DNA of 64,000 nucleotides from a virus (lineage: Duplodnaviria > Heunggongvirae > Uroviricota > Caudoviricetes), in IMG/VR virus record IMGVR_UViG_3300017691_000005, positions 30,052 to 94,051 of that record, one strand, 5' to 3'. The notes beneath the pieces were generated by a model that saw nothing but the letters and a program-made list of their open reading frames with translations, searched no databases and had not been told where the DNA came from. The position numbers were made by a program, and so were the translations under genes. Below, piece by piece: positions 35,701-44,532 of this stretch (its first letter is position 1; the number at the start of each line of letters is the position of its first letter).

Positions 35701-35785
35701 TGAGATGACTTGACAAGGGACCAAAGAACCTATCACTCGTTCGCGCTAGGACGTCACAGATAGTGACTGATTCATAAGGAGAATC

Positions 35786-35995
35786 ATGACTATATATGAT
35801 AGTAATTCAATCAATGGCACAATGTTGCCGATCAATGAGTATGTTCTTGCCAATTGCTTTAATCTATTGCAGGACGAGAGCGGCCAAAATGTATATTGGC
35901 TAGAGACTAAAGAACATGATGGGTTTGTTTTGATTTGGCCTGATGGTGAGTCATTCCATACGTATCATCACCCTGAAGATTGGTTTAATGTATAA
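35786..35995 (+). CDS. hypothetical protein
   Basis: 69 aa ORF, RBS AAGGAGAATCATG. Confidence 0.35.
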   Translation: MTIYDSNSINGTMLPINEYVLANCFNLLQDESGQNVYWLETKEHDGFVLIWPDGESFHTYHHPEDWFNV

Positions 35996-36002
35996 TAGCC
36001 TT

Positions 36003-36509
36003 ATGAGAAAGGCTAAGATAGGAGACATAGGTCTCTACACCATCTCCGGTCCTTTGGGCTGGATCATTTCTGTTGGGCAGGCTGCTTTAGGAGATGGTTC
36101 TAAATATACTCATGCATTTATTGTGACCAATGATGATGAGGTTCTGGCGGCTCAACCTAGAGGCGCTAGATATGATCCTCTCCACATATACTATGGACAC
36201 TCAGTCATACTTGATGTACCTTTGACAGACCTTCAGAGGGCTCTTATTGTTGAGAACACTAAGAGGCTTGAAGGTGTTAAGTACGGTTTTTCGGGGTATC
36301 TATATATCATACTTTCATCCTTTAATATAAGACCTAAATGGTTGGTGAACTATGTCACTAACAATGGTAGAATGATATGTTCTCAGTTGGTTGACTTTGT
36401 GTATGCTCAATCTGGTGTTCATCTTTTCAATGATGGACGACAGCCTTTTGACGTTACACCAGGCGACTTGGCTGATCTTATATGGAAGGATTATAAATTA
36501 AATGGCTAA
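36003..36509 (+). CDS. hypothetical protein (possible papain-fold peptidase-like)
   Basis: 168 aa from internal start MRKAKIGDIGLY. Confidence 0.3.
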   Translation: MRKAKIGDIGLYTISGPLGWIISVGQAALGDGSKYTHAFIVTNDDEVLAAQPRGARYDPLHIYYGHSVILDVPLTDLQRALIVENTKRLEGVKYGFSGYLYIILSSFNIRPKWLVNYVTNNGRMICSQLVDFVYAQSGVHLFNDGRQPFDVTPGDLADLIWKDYKLNG

Positions 36510-36642
36510 GTTAAGTTCTAAGAAAAAGGCTCAAGCAAAAGCCAATGCTAAACGCAGAGGTAAAAAAGCCGGTGCATACGACAATCTTCGTGCTGCCGGT
36601 AAAAAGATGAAAGCCACATCTGGGAAGAAGAAAAAGAAGTAA
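36502..36642 (+). CDS. small highly basic lysine-rich protein (46 aa)
   Basis: MAKLSSKKKAQAKANAKRRGKKAGAYDNLRAAGKKMKATSGKKKKK. Confidence 0.35.
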   Translation: MAKLSSKKKAQAKANAKRRGKKAGAYDNLRAAGKKMKATSGKKKKK

Positions 36643-36969
36643 TTGTATGAATATTATGCCTCTTATGTAAGAACTGTTGATGGAGACACAGCAGTTTGTA
36701 ATATAGATGTAGGTTTTCACATGACTATTAATGATGTCACTTTAAGGTTTCTTAGGATCAATACTCCTGAAATAAGCAAAAAAGATCCGGGAGCATTAGA
36801 GGCTAAGAACTTTACTTTGAAGTGGTTTGAGCGTAACAAAAAGTTTATTGTCAAAACATTTGAGAAAGATGCTTTTGGTAGATGGCTCAGTGAAGTCTAT
36901 TCCATAAGTGGTACCAATCTCAATGATTTACTATTAGAAAAGGGTTTGGCTGTTCCTTTTACTAAATAG
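36643..36969 (+). CDS. staphylococcal-nuclease-like thermonuclease (SNase fold)
   Basis: VDGDTAV...LRFLRINTPE...FGRWLSEV SNase motifs. Confidence 0.55.
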   Translation: MYEYYASYVRTVDGDTAVCNIDVGFHMTINDVTLRFLRINTPEISKKDPGALEAKNFTLKWFERNKKFIVKTFEKDAFGRWLSEVYSISGTNLNDLLLEKGLAVPFTK

Positions 36970-36973
36970 TTGT

Positions 36974-37047
36974 GGCGGTGGTGTTGCTGGCTGTGGCCGT
37001 TCGCCTGCAAAGCGAAATGTTTTAGGGTTCGATTCCCTTCACCGCTT
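36974..37047 (+). tRNA. tRNA-Cys (GCA)
   Basis: acceptor GGCGGTG/CACCGCT, anticodon arm TTCGC-CTGCAAA-GCGAA, T-loop TTCGATT. Confidence 0.5.
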
Positions 37048-37171
37048 CTTAGGAAGTTGATAGTTCCTAAAGGTGTTACGGTGTTCTACTATAATCAAAC
37101 CGCGCTCGGATGATGCGACAGTTCATCAAAGGAAAGAAGTTGCATTGCTATCGTGCAAAAACTTTCCGCCC

Positions 37172-37246
37172 GCCCACGTATCGGGCCAGTTTCCTAAACT
37201 GTGCTACCGTAGTAGGATCAGGCGAGTTCGAATCTCGCCGTGGGCT
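37172..37246 (+). other. tRNA-like gene with canonical acceptor and T-arm but unresolved core
   Basis: perfect acceptor GCCCACG/CGTGGGC, T-arm GCGAG-TTCGAAT-CTCGC; the D/anticodon region cannot be folded canonically by eye. Confidence 0.3.
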
Positions 37247-37271
37247 CTTAATCGGTGACAAAGGAGATTAA

Positions 37272-37673
37272 ATGAAAGTTGTCATCAAAGAGGTTAGTGA
37301 CCTTACTGATGAGGAGTTTGCAAAGTGTTATCGACTAAACTTTGGTGCTAGAGGGCAGATGCGTGATGATCTTTTAGATCATCGTCATAATCCACCTGCA
37401 ATCAAAAAGACTGCTAAAGTTATCATGATTGTTAACGAGGATAAACTAATTGGTTGGTCACTCGTTTTTCCTATTCGTAAGACAAAAGGCTACGCAGCAC
37501 ACTTTTACATTCGCTATAGCCACCGTCGTAGAGGCTATGGTACGCTGTTACTACAGAAGGTCGCGGAGATTGATCCGCGACCATTAGTTTTCCCCCACGA
37601 TAATAGAAGCGGCGGCCTGCTCAAAAAGGAGCCGGTGCGCTGTCATGTCTCTGAGAGGATTTGGTTGAGATGA
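37272..37673 (+). CDS. GNAT family N-acetyltransferase
   Basis: IMIVNEDKLIGWSLVFP...RRRGYGTLLLQKV acetyl-CoA binding motif. Confidence 0.55.
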   Translation: MKVVIKEVSDLTDEEFAKCYRLNFGARGQMRDDLLDHRHNPPAIKKTAKVIMIVNEDKLIGWSLVFPIRKTKGYAAHFYIRYSHRRRGYGTLLLQKVAEIDPRPLVFPHDNRSGGLLKKEPVRCHVSERIWLR

Positions 37674-37861
37674 AATCTGTAAATTATACTGTATATGGAG
37701 ACGAGACTAGGCTTCGTAATCTCGCGGAAGAGTACGAGTACATTGGCCGAAACGTCAAACTTGAACTAGAAAAAGGTCGTCTTACGGTCCTAGCACTACC
37801 TCCACGCAAACCTAAAGAAGATAAGAAGACTGTTCGTAAGCCCCGTTCTGACAAGGAGTAA
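37661..37861 (+). CDS. hypothetical protein
   Basis: 66 aa ORF. Confidence 0.35.
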   Translation: MVEMKSVNYTVYGDETRLRNLAEEYEYIGRNVKLELEKGRLTVLALPPRKPKEDKKTVRKPRSDKE

Positions 37862-37863
37862 GT

Positions 37864-38223
37864 ATGCTGACTACCGGTAATGATGAGTATGCAATTTATA
37901 AGGCTGCTGACGTTCTCTACCGGCATCTAGCAGATCGGGGGGTATACAAGAGTGTTACATCCCTTGCTTACGATCTAATTCGTAATATTAATGAACTAAA
38001 GGACAAGCCTGCCGGTTGGTTTATTGGTGGAGCGGGTTGGCATATGGTTCGTCTTCTAGAGAATAATCTTGAAGATGAATACAATGAAGCACATGTATAT
38101 ATCGGTGTTAACGTTCTAGAGTTTTATCCTTATTCTAAGCACTACCATCTGGTGCATAATGGTAATAAAGATTGGGAGTATTTTGAAACGCCCGAAATTT
38201 CCGATGAGGAGCAAAGTGCATGA
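37864..38223 (+). CDS. hypothetical protein
   Basis: 119 aa ORF. Confidence 0.4.
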   Translation: MLTTGNDEYAIYKAADVLYRHLADRGVYKSVTSLAYDLIRNINELKDKPAGWFIGGAGWHMVRLLENNLEDEYNEAHVYIGVNVLEFYPYSKHYHLVHNGNKDWEYFETPEISDEEQSA

Positions 38224-38435
38224 AACTTGAAGATTACATAAAGAAAGATGCGGACAGTCCTCTAAAAAGGTCTGAAGTCGTTGATACGCTAATCGCCGGT
38301 AAGATTGCTATCAATGCAATGGCTGATGGATTTGATATAAATAACCTTCCAGAAACTGCTAATGGTATGCGTGGTGTGGCAGCGGCGTATGAAGTAGCAG
38401 CCTTCCTTATTACACACATTGAGGTGCTAGATTGA
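38220..38435 (+). CDS. hypothetical protein
   Basis: 71 aa ORF. Confidence 0.35.
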   Translation: MKLEDYIKKDADSPLKRSEVVDTLIAGKIAINAMADGFDINNLPETANGMRGVAAAYEVAAFLITHIEVLD

Positions 38436-38650
38436 GCGGTTTTAATCCTGATTACAAACCCCAGACGGCTCATGTCATTCTTAATCAAGAACAAACACAG
38501 GCTATTCGTGCCCTCCTTCAACTGGTACATTATGACGATCTAGCACAGAGTTGGAGTAATCTTCTTCCAAAGGTTCTTCAGGTGCAGTACCGTCCTAGCC
38601 AGTATGACAAAGATTTTGATCTTGCTGAGAATGAGCCGGGTGGTAGTTGA
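38432..38650 (+). CDS. hypothetical protein
   Basis: 72 aa ORF. Confidence 0.35.
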   Translation: MSGFNPDYKPQTAHVILNQEQTQAIRALLQLVHYDDLAQSWSNLLPKVLQVQYRPSQYDKDFDLAENEPGGS

Positions 38651-38823
38651 TGCCACAGTTTAGGGCTTATATCCGAACATCTTCTCACATTGATCTTGAT
38701 GCTAATGATATGTATCATGCAGACGTAATTATCAGGAATATGAATCGAGAACAACTTGAAAATCAAATGGTTCTTGATTATATCGATGTAGATTCGGATG
38801 AGTTTCCAGAGGAGATTGGCTGA
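38650..38823 (+). CDS. hypothetical small protein
   Basis: 57 aa, TGATG coupling. Confidence 0.3.
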   Translation: MPQFRAYIRTSSHIDLDANDMYHADVIIRNMNREQLENQMVLDYIDVDSDEFPEEIG

Positions 38824-39101
38824 TGGTTGAATTAGATGATAAACAAGTTATGGCCTTAGTCACTATATTGTCTTACGTTGACTATGATAAGTATCCTCAT
38901 TTACATAAATACTATGACATGCTACCGCCAGATATCTCAGAGTTTGGTGAGTCATACATTTGACGTGACCGAACGGGGGATGCTACGATAGACATATCGC
39001 ACACGGACAAGGCTTTGGCCCGTGAGATAGTTCAAGCGGTGGTACGTCCACTCAATGATTATCAAGCCGGGATGGGAAGCGAGTGGTGATGCGATATTTA
39101 T

Positions 39102-39173
39102 TCTCCTATAGCACAATGGTTAGTGCAAGCGGCTGTTAACCGCTGGATCTTAGTTCGACTCTAGGTGGGAGAG
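39102..39173 (+). tRNA. tRNA-Asn (GTT)
   Basis: acceptor TCTCCTA/TGGGAGA (U1-A72), D-arm GCAC-AATGGTTA-GTGC, anticodon arm AGCGG-CTGTTAA-CCGCT, T-arm CTTAG-TTCGACT-CTAGG. Confidence 0.6.
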
Positions 39174-39301
39174 CGCAATGACGAGTATAAATAATAACTA
39201 AATAGTAATATTGATTACGGTACGAATGTTGTGGGTTACCTTGCAGCAGTCGAAAGACAACACTCGTCACTCCCATAGCAGCAAACAATACCGTGATTAA
39301 T

Positions 39302-39372
39302 GCCAGTTTCGTACAATGGTAGTACAATTGTCTTGTAAACAATTAATACGGGTTCGATTCCTGTAACTGGCT
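39302..39372 (+). tRNA. tRNA-Thr (TGT)
   Basis: perfect acceptor GCCAGTT/AACTGGC, D-arm GTAC-AATGGTA-GTAC, anticodon arm ATTGT-CTTGTAA-ACAAT, T-loop TTCGATT. Confidence 0.65.
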
Positions 39373-39484
39373 CGCCGTCAAGACCTGAAAAGGCTTGTCA
39401 GAGCAACGCGGTGAATTTATACTAGTTAAACGGTTTACTGCACAGCCCAAATACTTGTGGTCATGCAATGGTATTTGGGCGCAT

Positions 39485-39558
39485 GGGGAATTCGTTCAAT
39501 GGTAGGACAGTTGCTTTGCAAGCAATCGACAGGGGTTCGACTCCCCTATTCTCCACCA
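39485..39558 (+). tRNA. tRNA-Ala (TGC), CCA encoded
   Basis: acceptor GGGGAAT/ATTCTCC, anticodon arm GTTGC-TTTGCAA-GCAAT, T-arm AGGGG-TTCGACT-CCCCT, 3' ACCA. Confidence 0.6.
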
Positions 39559-39626
39559 TGCTAGATGATTATGTTATATACACTATATCGGCCGAATAGT
39601 GTTGAATTTTTCACTAGCATGTTTAT

Positions 39627-39702
39627 TCCGCGATGGTCTGCTGGCAGGGCCGACATGACTTTGGATCATGGTACGACGTAGGTTCGATTCCTACTCGCGG
39701 AG
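39627..39702 (+). tRNA. tRNA-Gln (TTG)
   Basis: perfect acceptor TCCGCGA/TCGCGGA, anticodon arm CATGA-CTTTGGA-TCATG, T-arm GTAGG-TTCGATT-CCTAC; D-arm atypical. Confidence 0.45.
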
Positions 39703-39712
39703 CACAAAATAA

Positions 39713-39740
39713 TAACCCCGGCAAAAGTCGGGGTTTCGTC
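39713..39740 (+). terminator. rho-independent terminator closing the first tRNA array
   Basis: CCCCGG-CAAAAGT-CGGGG followed by TTT. Confidence 0.55.
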
Positions 39741-39755
39741 GTATAAGGAGATAAA

Positions 39756-40064
39756 ATGCTCTATGCGGTTATGAGAAATTCAGACCTTAATGAAGGTCGT
39801 GGACATAATATTCTTGTCGGTATTTATGAAAACCTTGACGATGCTGTAGAAGAGGTTAAAAAATGGGGTGTCATGGGTGTAGGCACTGGTGATATCTATG
39901 AGGTCAGAATGAATTCTGCTGATAGTTACGGTCCTAGAATTTGGGGGTATCGTAAAGACTTGGCTGATAAATGGGGTTATGGCTTTGTTGATAATAGAGA
40001 CGCCCCGACTAATGATCCAGAATTCAATGAATATCTAAGGCTTAAGAGGAAGTTCGGAGGCTGA
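39756..40064 (+). CDS. hypothetical protein
   Basis: 102 aa, RBS AAGGAGATAAAATG. Confidence 0.4.
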   Translation: MLYAVMRNSDLNEGRGHNILVGIYENLDDAVEEVKKWGVMGVGTGDIYEVRMNSADSYGPRIWGYRKDLADKWGYGFVDNRDAPTNDPEFNEYLRLKRKFGG

Positions 40065-40065
40065 T

Positions 40066-40476
40066 ATGTTCTGGCTTATTCTTGGTATTGTCGTCTTTAT
40101 CTTTATGTTTTATGCTGCCGTAGCGGAAGACGAACCTGAATTTGTTGTAGGCGGAATTATAGGGTTCGTTTTTATTTTCGTAGGAATGAACGCTCTTTTT
40201 GCCGGGACTATGGATCAGTCTCGTACATATGAGGTAAAGCCGCTTGTTGCTATCGATGGTGCAGGCTCTCTCATTCAGATTGATGACTCGGAATGTTACT
40301 ACAATAACGGTACTGGTATTGAGTCTGTAGGGCGCAATAAATGTGAAATTGTTGAGTCGGAGCGGTCCGAGATGAAAACCACTCATTATTCTTCTAATAA
40401 TGTATGGACCTTTTTCGACTGGACTGATTACAATCGTTTCTATGTAACTAGGGAGCAGATTTCTTATGGGAATTGA
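40066..40476 (+). CDS. membrane protein (2 TM N-terminus)
   Basis: 136 aa ORF. Confidence 0.4.
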   Translation: MFWLILGIVVFIFMFYAAVAEDEPEFVVGGIIGFVFIFVGMNALFAGTMDQSRTYEVKPLVAIDGAGSLIQIDDSECYYNNGTGIESVGRNKCEIVESERSEMKTTHYSSNNVWTFFDWTDYNRFYVTREQISYGN

Positions 40477-40648
40477 CTGGACTCGATGGTTCAAAGACCC
40501 TCCAATTGTTATTGACGGTTATAAATACACTCAAGAAGGTGTACCTCTTTGTGCTTGTAAACACGCTCGAAATGAACATATTGGTGTTTGCTGGAAAATG
40601 TTTTGCGCTTGCACAAACTTCACTCAGGCTAGAGTTATGAATGGATGA
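40466..40648 (+). CDS. small Cys/His-rich protein
   Basis: 60 aa ORF. Confidence 0.3.
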   Translation: MGIDWTRWFKDPPIVIDGYKYTQEGVPLCACKHARNEHIGVCWKMFCACTNFTQARVMNG

Positions 40649-40889
40649 TCCAGATTGGGATTGTTTAGATTGTCAGTGTGACACTCATTTAGAATATTAT
40701 ATGGTTAAGGACAAATTGTGGAAGAAATACGGTGCGGGTGAAGCCATGTTGTGCATCGGTTGTTTAGAAGTTAGGATGAGTCGTCAACTAGAACCTAATG
40801 ATTTCACTAACTACCCAATCAACAATCCTTCTTTTTGGAAAAAATCTAATCGCTTGATCAGCCGACTGACAGGAGTATTCGATGATTGA
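40641..40889 (+). CDS. Zn-finger protein
   Basis: CLDCQCDTH...CIGC. Confidence 0.35.
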   Translation: MDDPDWDCLDCQCDTHLEYYMVKDKLWKKYGAGEAMLCIGCLEVRMSRQLEPNDFTNYPINNPSFWKKSNRLISRLTGVFDD

Positions 40890-41403
40890 CACTCGTAATG
40901 TTATTGATTATTACAAGGGTTGGGAGAACGAGTTTATTGTTGATCATCTGGATACTTCTCGACTCCCTATGTCCGTTGTAACTGAAAACGTTTCAGGAGA
41001 TTTTCATAAGGCCAATATTCTTAGAACTGCTGAGGGGTTCAATCTAAAGGAGTTTTGGATTGTTGGTTCTAAGAAGTGGGACCGCCGTGCAGCCGTTGGA
41101 GCCCACCACAGGATGCCGGTACGTTATTCTGCTAGCCTCGCAGACATGGTGTTCAGCCTTGATGCGGAGCCATACATCGTCACACTAGATAACGTTCCAG
41201 GCGCTGTGTCCCTTTACGATTACGAGTGGAAGCCGAACACAATGATGATTGTTGGTGAGGAGCAGCGCGGGGTAAGTAATGACGCTATTGATATTGCCAA
41301 CGATGTAGTGTATATTCCTATGAGGGGCGCAGTGAGATCATTCAGTGTTTCTACTGCTGCCGGTATTGCCATGTCATCTTATGTGCAGCAAATGATTAAA
41401 TAA
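40882..41403 (+). CDS. SpoU/TrmH-family RNA 2'-O-methyltransferase
   Basis: SPOUT motifs IVGEEQRGVS ... SFSVSTAAGIAMSSY. Confidence 0.6.
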   Translation: MIDTRNVIDYYKGWENEFIVDHLDTSRLPMSVVTENVSGDFHKANILRTAEGFNLKEFWIVGSKKWDRRAAVGAHHRMPVRYSASLADMVFSLDAEPYIVTLDNVPGAVSLYDYEWKPNTMMIVGEEQRGVSNDAIDIANDVVYIPMRGAVRSFSVSTAAGIAMSSYVQQMIK

Positions 41404-41410
41404 CTGAATA

Positions 41411-41497
41411 TGGAGCGGTGGCTGAGTCTGGTCTAAGGCGTGCGACTGCTAATCGCATGGGTTTAATCGCCCCGCAGGTTCGAATCCTGTTCGCTCC
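41411..41497 (+). tRNA. tRNA-Ser (GCT), class II
   Basis: acceptor GGAGCGG/TCGCTCC, anticodon arm TGCGA-CTGCTAA-TCGCA, long variable arm, T-arm GCAGG-TTCGAAT-CCTGT. Confidence 0.6.
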
Positions 41498-41528
41498 GCA
41501 TTAAAATAGATTCAGATATAATTAATTC

Positions 41529-41951
41529 ATGATAAGAGATACCGTACTGTATAAACCTATTACCGTGTTGCTATGTTTGGCATCATTTAGAACGTTTTTT
41601 TACGGCTTAGGTTTTGCAGTAGGTTCCATTGAAGTAAAAGGTCTGTTGGTGTGGTCTTATATTGCAGCGACTGGTCTCAATCCTTTTTTGTTTGGGTGGA
41701 TTGTTCTACTTGTTGCTTCGGCATCAATTATATCTTTATTCTTCTGTTCATATAGACTTACAAATTATTTTGTGACAGGTCAAGCGCTGGTATGGATGTA
41801 TGTGACTTTGTGTTACCTGCTAAATTTAGACATCATATTAGCATTAGTATCAGGACTATCAACGTGTTTAATCATAGGTTATTTGAACTTTATTTTTGTT
41901 CAGTTTTCAAACGTTATGCCAAAAAGATCTAGGAAGTCAACTCCAATCTAG
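41529..41951 (+). CDS. multi-pass membrane protein
   Basis: 140 aa, four hydrophobic helices. Confidence 0.4.
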   Translation: MIRDTVLYKPITVLLCLASFRTFFYGLGFAVGSIEVKGLLVWSYIAATGLNPFLFGWIVLLVASASIISLFFCSYRLTNYFVTGQALVWMYVTLCYLLNLDIILALVSGLSTCLIIGYLNFIFVQFSNVMPKRSRKSTPI

Positions 41952-41976
41952 GCTTGACCCGAACGGGTGAACGTGC

Positions 41977-42432
41977 TTGAATACTCGTATTCCAACAAGG
42001 GAGGCACAATGTTTACTCGTCCTTCATACCACGACTACATCTTCTCCAAGGGTCATATTTCAAATAAAGGAGAAGTCGTTTCTTAATATTGCCATTCGTG
42101 CTGCTGAAGATTCTGAATGCTCTCAGCGCCACGGGGCAGTGGTTGTCAAGTCTGGTAGCGTCCATTCCATTGCTACCAATCGGTACAGAAACTCGCCCAC
42201 CTTTGTTCCCAGCGATAATCCTGAGGGCAAGGGAACAATTTTCTCCTTCCATGCTGAGGGTAGAGCAATCGACCGGGCCGTTGGAGATACAATCTTTGTT
42301 GCTAGAGTAAGCCCCGCCGGAGAGCCAAGACTCTCTATGCCATGTGTCATGTGCTTTAACCAAATTGAGCAGGCGGGGTTTAAGAAGATTGTTTTCACAA
42401 CCAACAATGGCGCAGCCAAGATCTATCTCTAG
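41977..42432 (+). CDS. dCMP/cytidine deaminase family protein (start uncertain)
   Basis: HAEGRAI...PCVMCFNQI zinc-binding deaminase motifs; TTG start at 41977 lacks a good RBS. Confidence 0.55.
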   Translation: MNTRIPTREAQCLLVLHTTTTSSPRVIFQIKEKSFLNIAIRAAEDSECSQRHGAVVVKSGSVHSIATNRYRNSPTFVPSDNPEGKGTIFSFHAEGRAIDRAVGDTIFVARVSPAGEPRLSMPCVMCFNQIEQAGFKKIVFTTNNGAAKIYL

Positions 42433-42440
42433 GGAGTACG

Positions 42441-42983
42441 ATGCAAACGTTTCTAACTAGCAAAGATTTTAGAACCTCTGCTGAACAATTGGACAACAAG
42501 AGACTCAACAACCAACTGAATGAATCTCGGGTAATTCTTGCAGCACTTGCCAAGAAGGCTAACGGTGAGACAAAGGTTCCTTGGAGTAATCATCCTGCCC
42601 CCAAAATGTGGGAGGGGTATGAAGATGCATTTATGCAATACAACCTTGCTCACGCTTATGAAGCACAAGACCGAGGTATTAAGATCGATGTAAATTGGGA
42701 TGCCATCGTAAGTATTTATGAGGATACTTTTGCATCTATGTTTCGGGGTTTGTTCTTCCCTCCGTGGTATGTAGATTCAGTTCAACTTGACAAAGTTCTT
42801 ACCACCCACCAAGCCAATCTTTATCGTAAAGATCCTGATTTCTATGCTGAGTGGAAGTGGATTAGCGATTGGCTCTATGAGAATGAGTCATGGAGTGTTT
42901 GTTGCCCTGTAAGGAATAAGAAGAACGGCGCTTGGGTGAAGCGTTGTGATTATTACTGGCCTACACATAAGGAGACATCATGA
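42441..42983 (+). CDS. hypothetical protein; weak resemblance to pyrimidine-dimer DNA glycosylase (DenV-like) N-terminal pattern
   Basis: LDNKRLNNQLNESRVILAAL ... WSNHPAPKMWEGYE pattern reminiscent of endonuclease V family; unverified. Confidence 0.3.
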   Translation: MQTFLTSKDFRTSAEQLDNKRLNNQLNESRVILAALAKKANGETKVPWSNHPAPKMWEGYEDAFMQYNLAHAYEAQDRGIKIDVNWDAIVSIYEDTFASMFRGLFFPPWYVDSVQLDKVLTTHQANLYRKDPDFYAEWKWISDWLYENESWSVCCPVRNKKNGAWVKRCDYYWPTHKETS

Positions 42984-43354
42984 CAAAGATTGATTATGAC
43001 ACAGCAGTAAAGGATGTTCAGGAAATTATCAAGGGTCGAGAAGACTATGTTTACGTCAACCCTTTTGGAAAGAAGGCGGGTGGCGAGGATGGGCTGAATT
43101 GCTACTACTTCGATCCTAATAACGGTCAACCTTCATGTATTGTAGGACACGTTTTTGCCAAGCATGGTGTAACTTTTGAAGATGTTGGTGTAATGAATGA
43201 CAATTGTATTATGGATGCAATTTATGTAGCCGGTATTGATCTAGATTATCAAACAAGGTATTTTCTTGAGGCTATTCAAGAGCGTCAAGATAGTGGTGTA
43301 CCCTGGGGCGAATCTGTTAGTCGAACTATGAAAGAGGACTTTAGTGGCGATTAA
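42980..43354 (+). CDS. hypothetical protein
   Basis: 124 aa ORF. Confidence 0.4.
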   Translation: MTKIDYDTAVKDVQEIIKGREDYVYVNPFGKKAGGEDGLNCYYFDPNNGQPSCIVGHVFAKHGVTFEDVGVMNDNCIMDAIYVAGIDLDYQTRYFLEAIQERQDSGVPWGESVSRTMKEDFSGD

Positions 43355-43547
43355 ACCCAACACATGTGTCCATTTCAAGTGGATAGACGACGAGCATTGT
43401 GAAATTTACATTGATGAGAATTATGTAGGGGCGCTCGACCATGAAATTCATGGATGGGCGGGTGTTGAAGATATAGTGCAAATGCTTAATCGTATGATCC
43501 TCATCAAAGGATGGGACGTAAAAGTAGAAGGAGACCGGGGTGTCTAA
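43344..43547 (+). CDS. hypothetical protein
   Basis: 67 aa ORF. Confidence 0.35.
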   Translation: MAIKPNTCVHFKWIDDEHCEIYIDENYVGALDHEIHGWAGVEDIVQMLNRMILIKGWDVKVEGDRGV

Positions 43548-43758
43548 TCGAGAAACTGAAAATTATCAAGAAAACCTAGAACTAATTCTTGCTGTAACAA
43601 AAACACTCAATAGTGATATCTTTCCAGAGAGCAAGGATTATTATGTTCGAGTAGAACTAATTGAAGCCGGGACTCACCGACGAGCCGGTAGTTGGAATGA
43701 CGAGATTGCTAATGACTGTTGGTCTTTTGCATGGGATTGGGAGGATCAAAACAAATGA
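43540..43758 (+). CDS. hypothetical protein
   Basis: 72 aa ORF. Confidence 0.35.
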   Translation: MSNRETENYQENLELILAVTKTLNSDIFPESKDYYVRVELIEAGTHRRAGSWNDEIANDCWSFAWDWEDQNK

Positions 43759-44051
43759 CAACTATCGAAGAAATTAAAGCCTACGTAAAACAAAAAGGAG
43801 GATATTGCACTTGGGATGATATCCTACATCAATTTAATGGCCTCTCTATTGAAGAGAACATAATTGGTGATCGACGTTGGTATACTGATTATGAATATGT
43901 TGCTAAATTCGGAGACAAGTTTTTTAGAATGTTTTACGGAGTAGGTTCTACTGAGTATCAAGAGAATGAAGAAATGGAATATGCTATCGAAACACTCGCA
44001 GAAGTTGAGCCGGTAGAAGTTAAAGTTATTAAGTATAAGGTTAAGAAGTGA
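43755..44051 (+). CDS. hypothetical protein
   Basis: 98 aa from MTTIEEIK, ATGA overlap. Confidence 0.4.
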   Translation: MTTIEEIKAYVKQKGGYCTWDDILHQFNGLSIEENIIGDRRWYTDYEYVAKFGDKFFRMFYGVGSTEYQENEEMEYAIETLAEVEPVEVKVIKYKVKK

Positions 44052-44227
44052 TGTATCAACGTGATCCATCGATAGTGTGTGAAGATGCTGAAAATGAAAT
44101 GTTCAGATACCTTGAGGACGAAATTCAAAGCGGGTATATATCTCGCGACCTTCTAAATGCATATATTCGAAAATATTATGAATGGTATGATCAATGGATT
44201 GAGTGGTGTGAACAGGGGGATATGTGA
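44051..44227 (+). CDS. hypothetical small protein
   Basis: 58 aa, GTGATG coupling. Confidence 0.3.
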   Translation: MYQRDPSIVCEDAENEMFRYLEDEIQSGYISRDLLNAYIRKYYEWYDQWIEWCEQGDM

Positions 44228-44348
44228 CAGACAGCGTAGATATGTTCGGGCCTGGTATTGCTGAAAAATGTTATCTACCAGGTTGTGAGAAATGGATTAC
44301 TGGTGCTTCAGACTATTGCAGTCCAGAACATGAGGAGATTAGTAGAAA

Positions 44349-44531
44349 ATGACATTTTCGAAGCGTATTGATGCTGTTATTGAAACCCTACGGGATATTC
44401 ATGATGATGCTGAAGATTGCGGTGCCAGAGCGGTGTACCATAAGATTCAAGAGGCTCTAGGCCCGCTTGAAAGTGCGTCCTACGCAGGAGATCAGTACCT
44501 TGATGGGACACTGGAATATGCTGATAATTGA
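44349..44531 (+). CDS. hypothetical protein
   Basis: 60 aa ORF. Confidence 0.35.
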   Translation: MTFSKRIDAVIETLRDIHDDAEDCGARAVYHKIQEALGPLESASYAGDQYLDGTLEYADN

Positions 44532-44532
44532 C

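Noticed and set aside
42013-42419. Minus-strand ORFs opposite the dCMP deaminase gene
   Set aside because: The plus strand carries clear deaminase motifs; the minus ORFs are frame artefacts.
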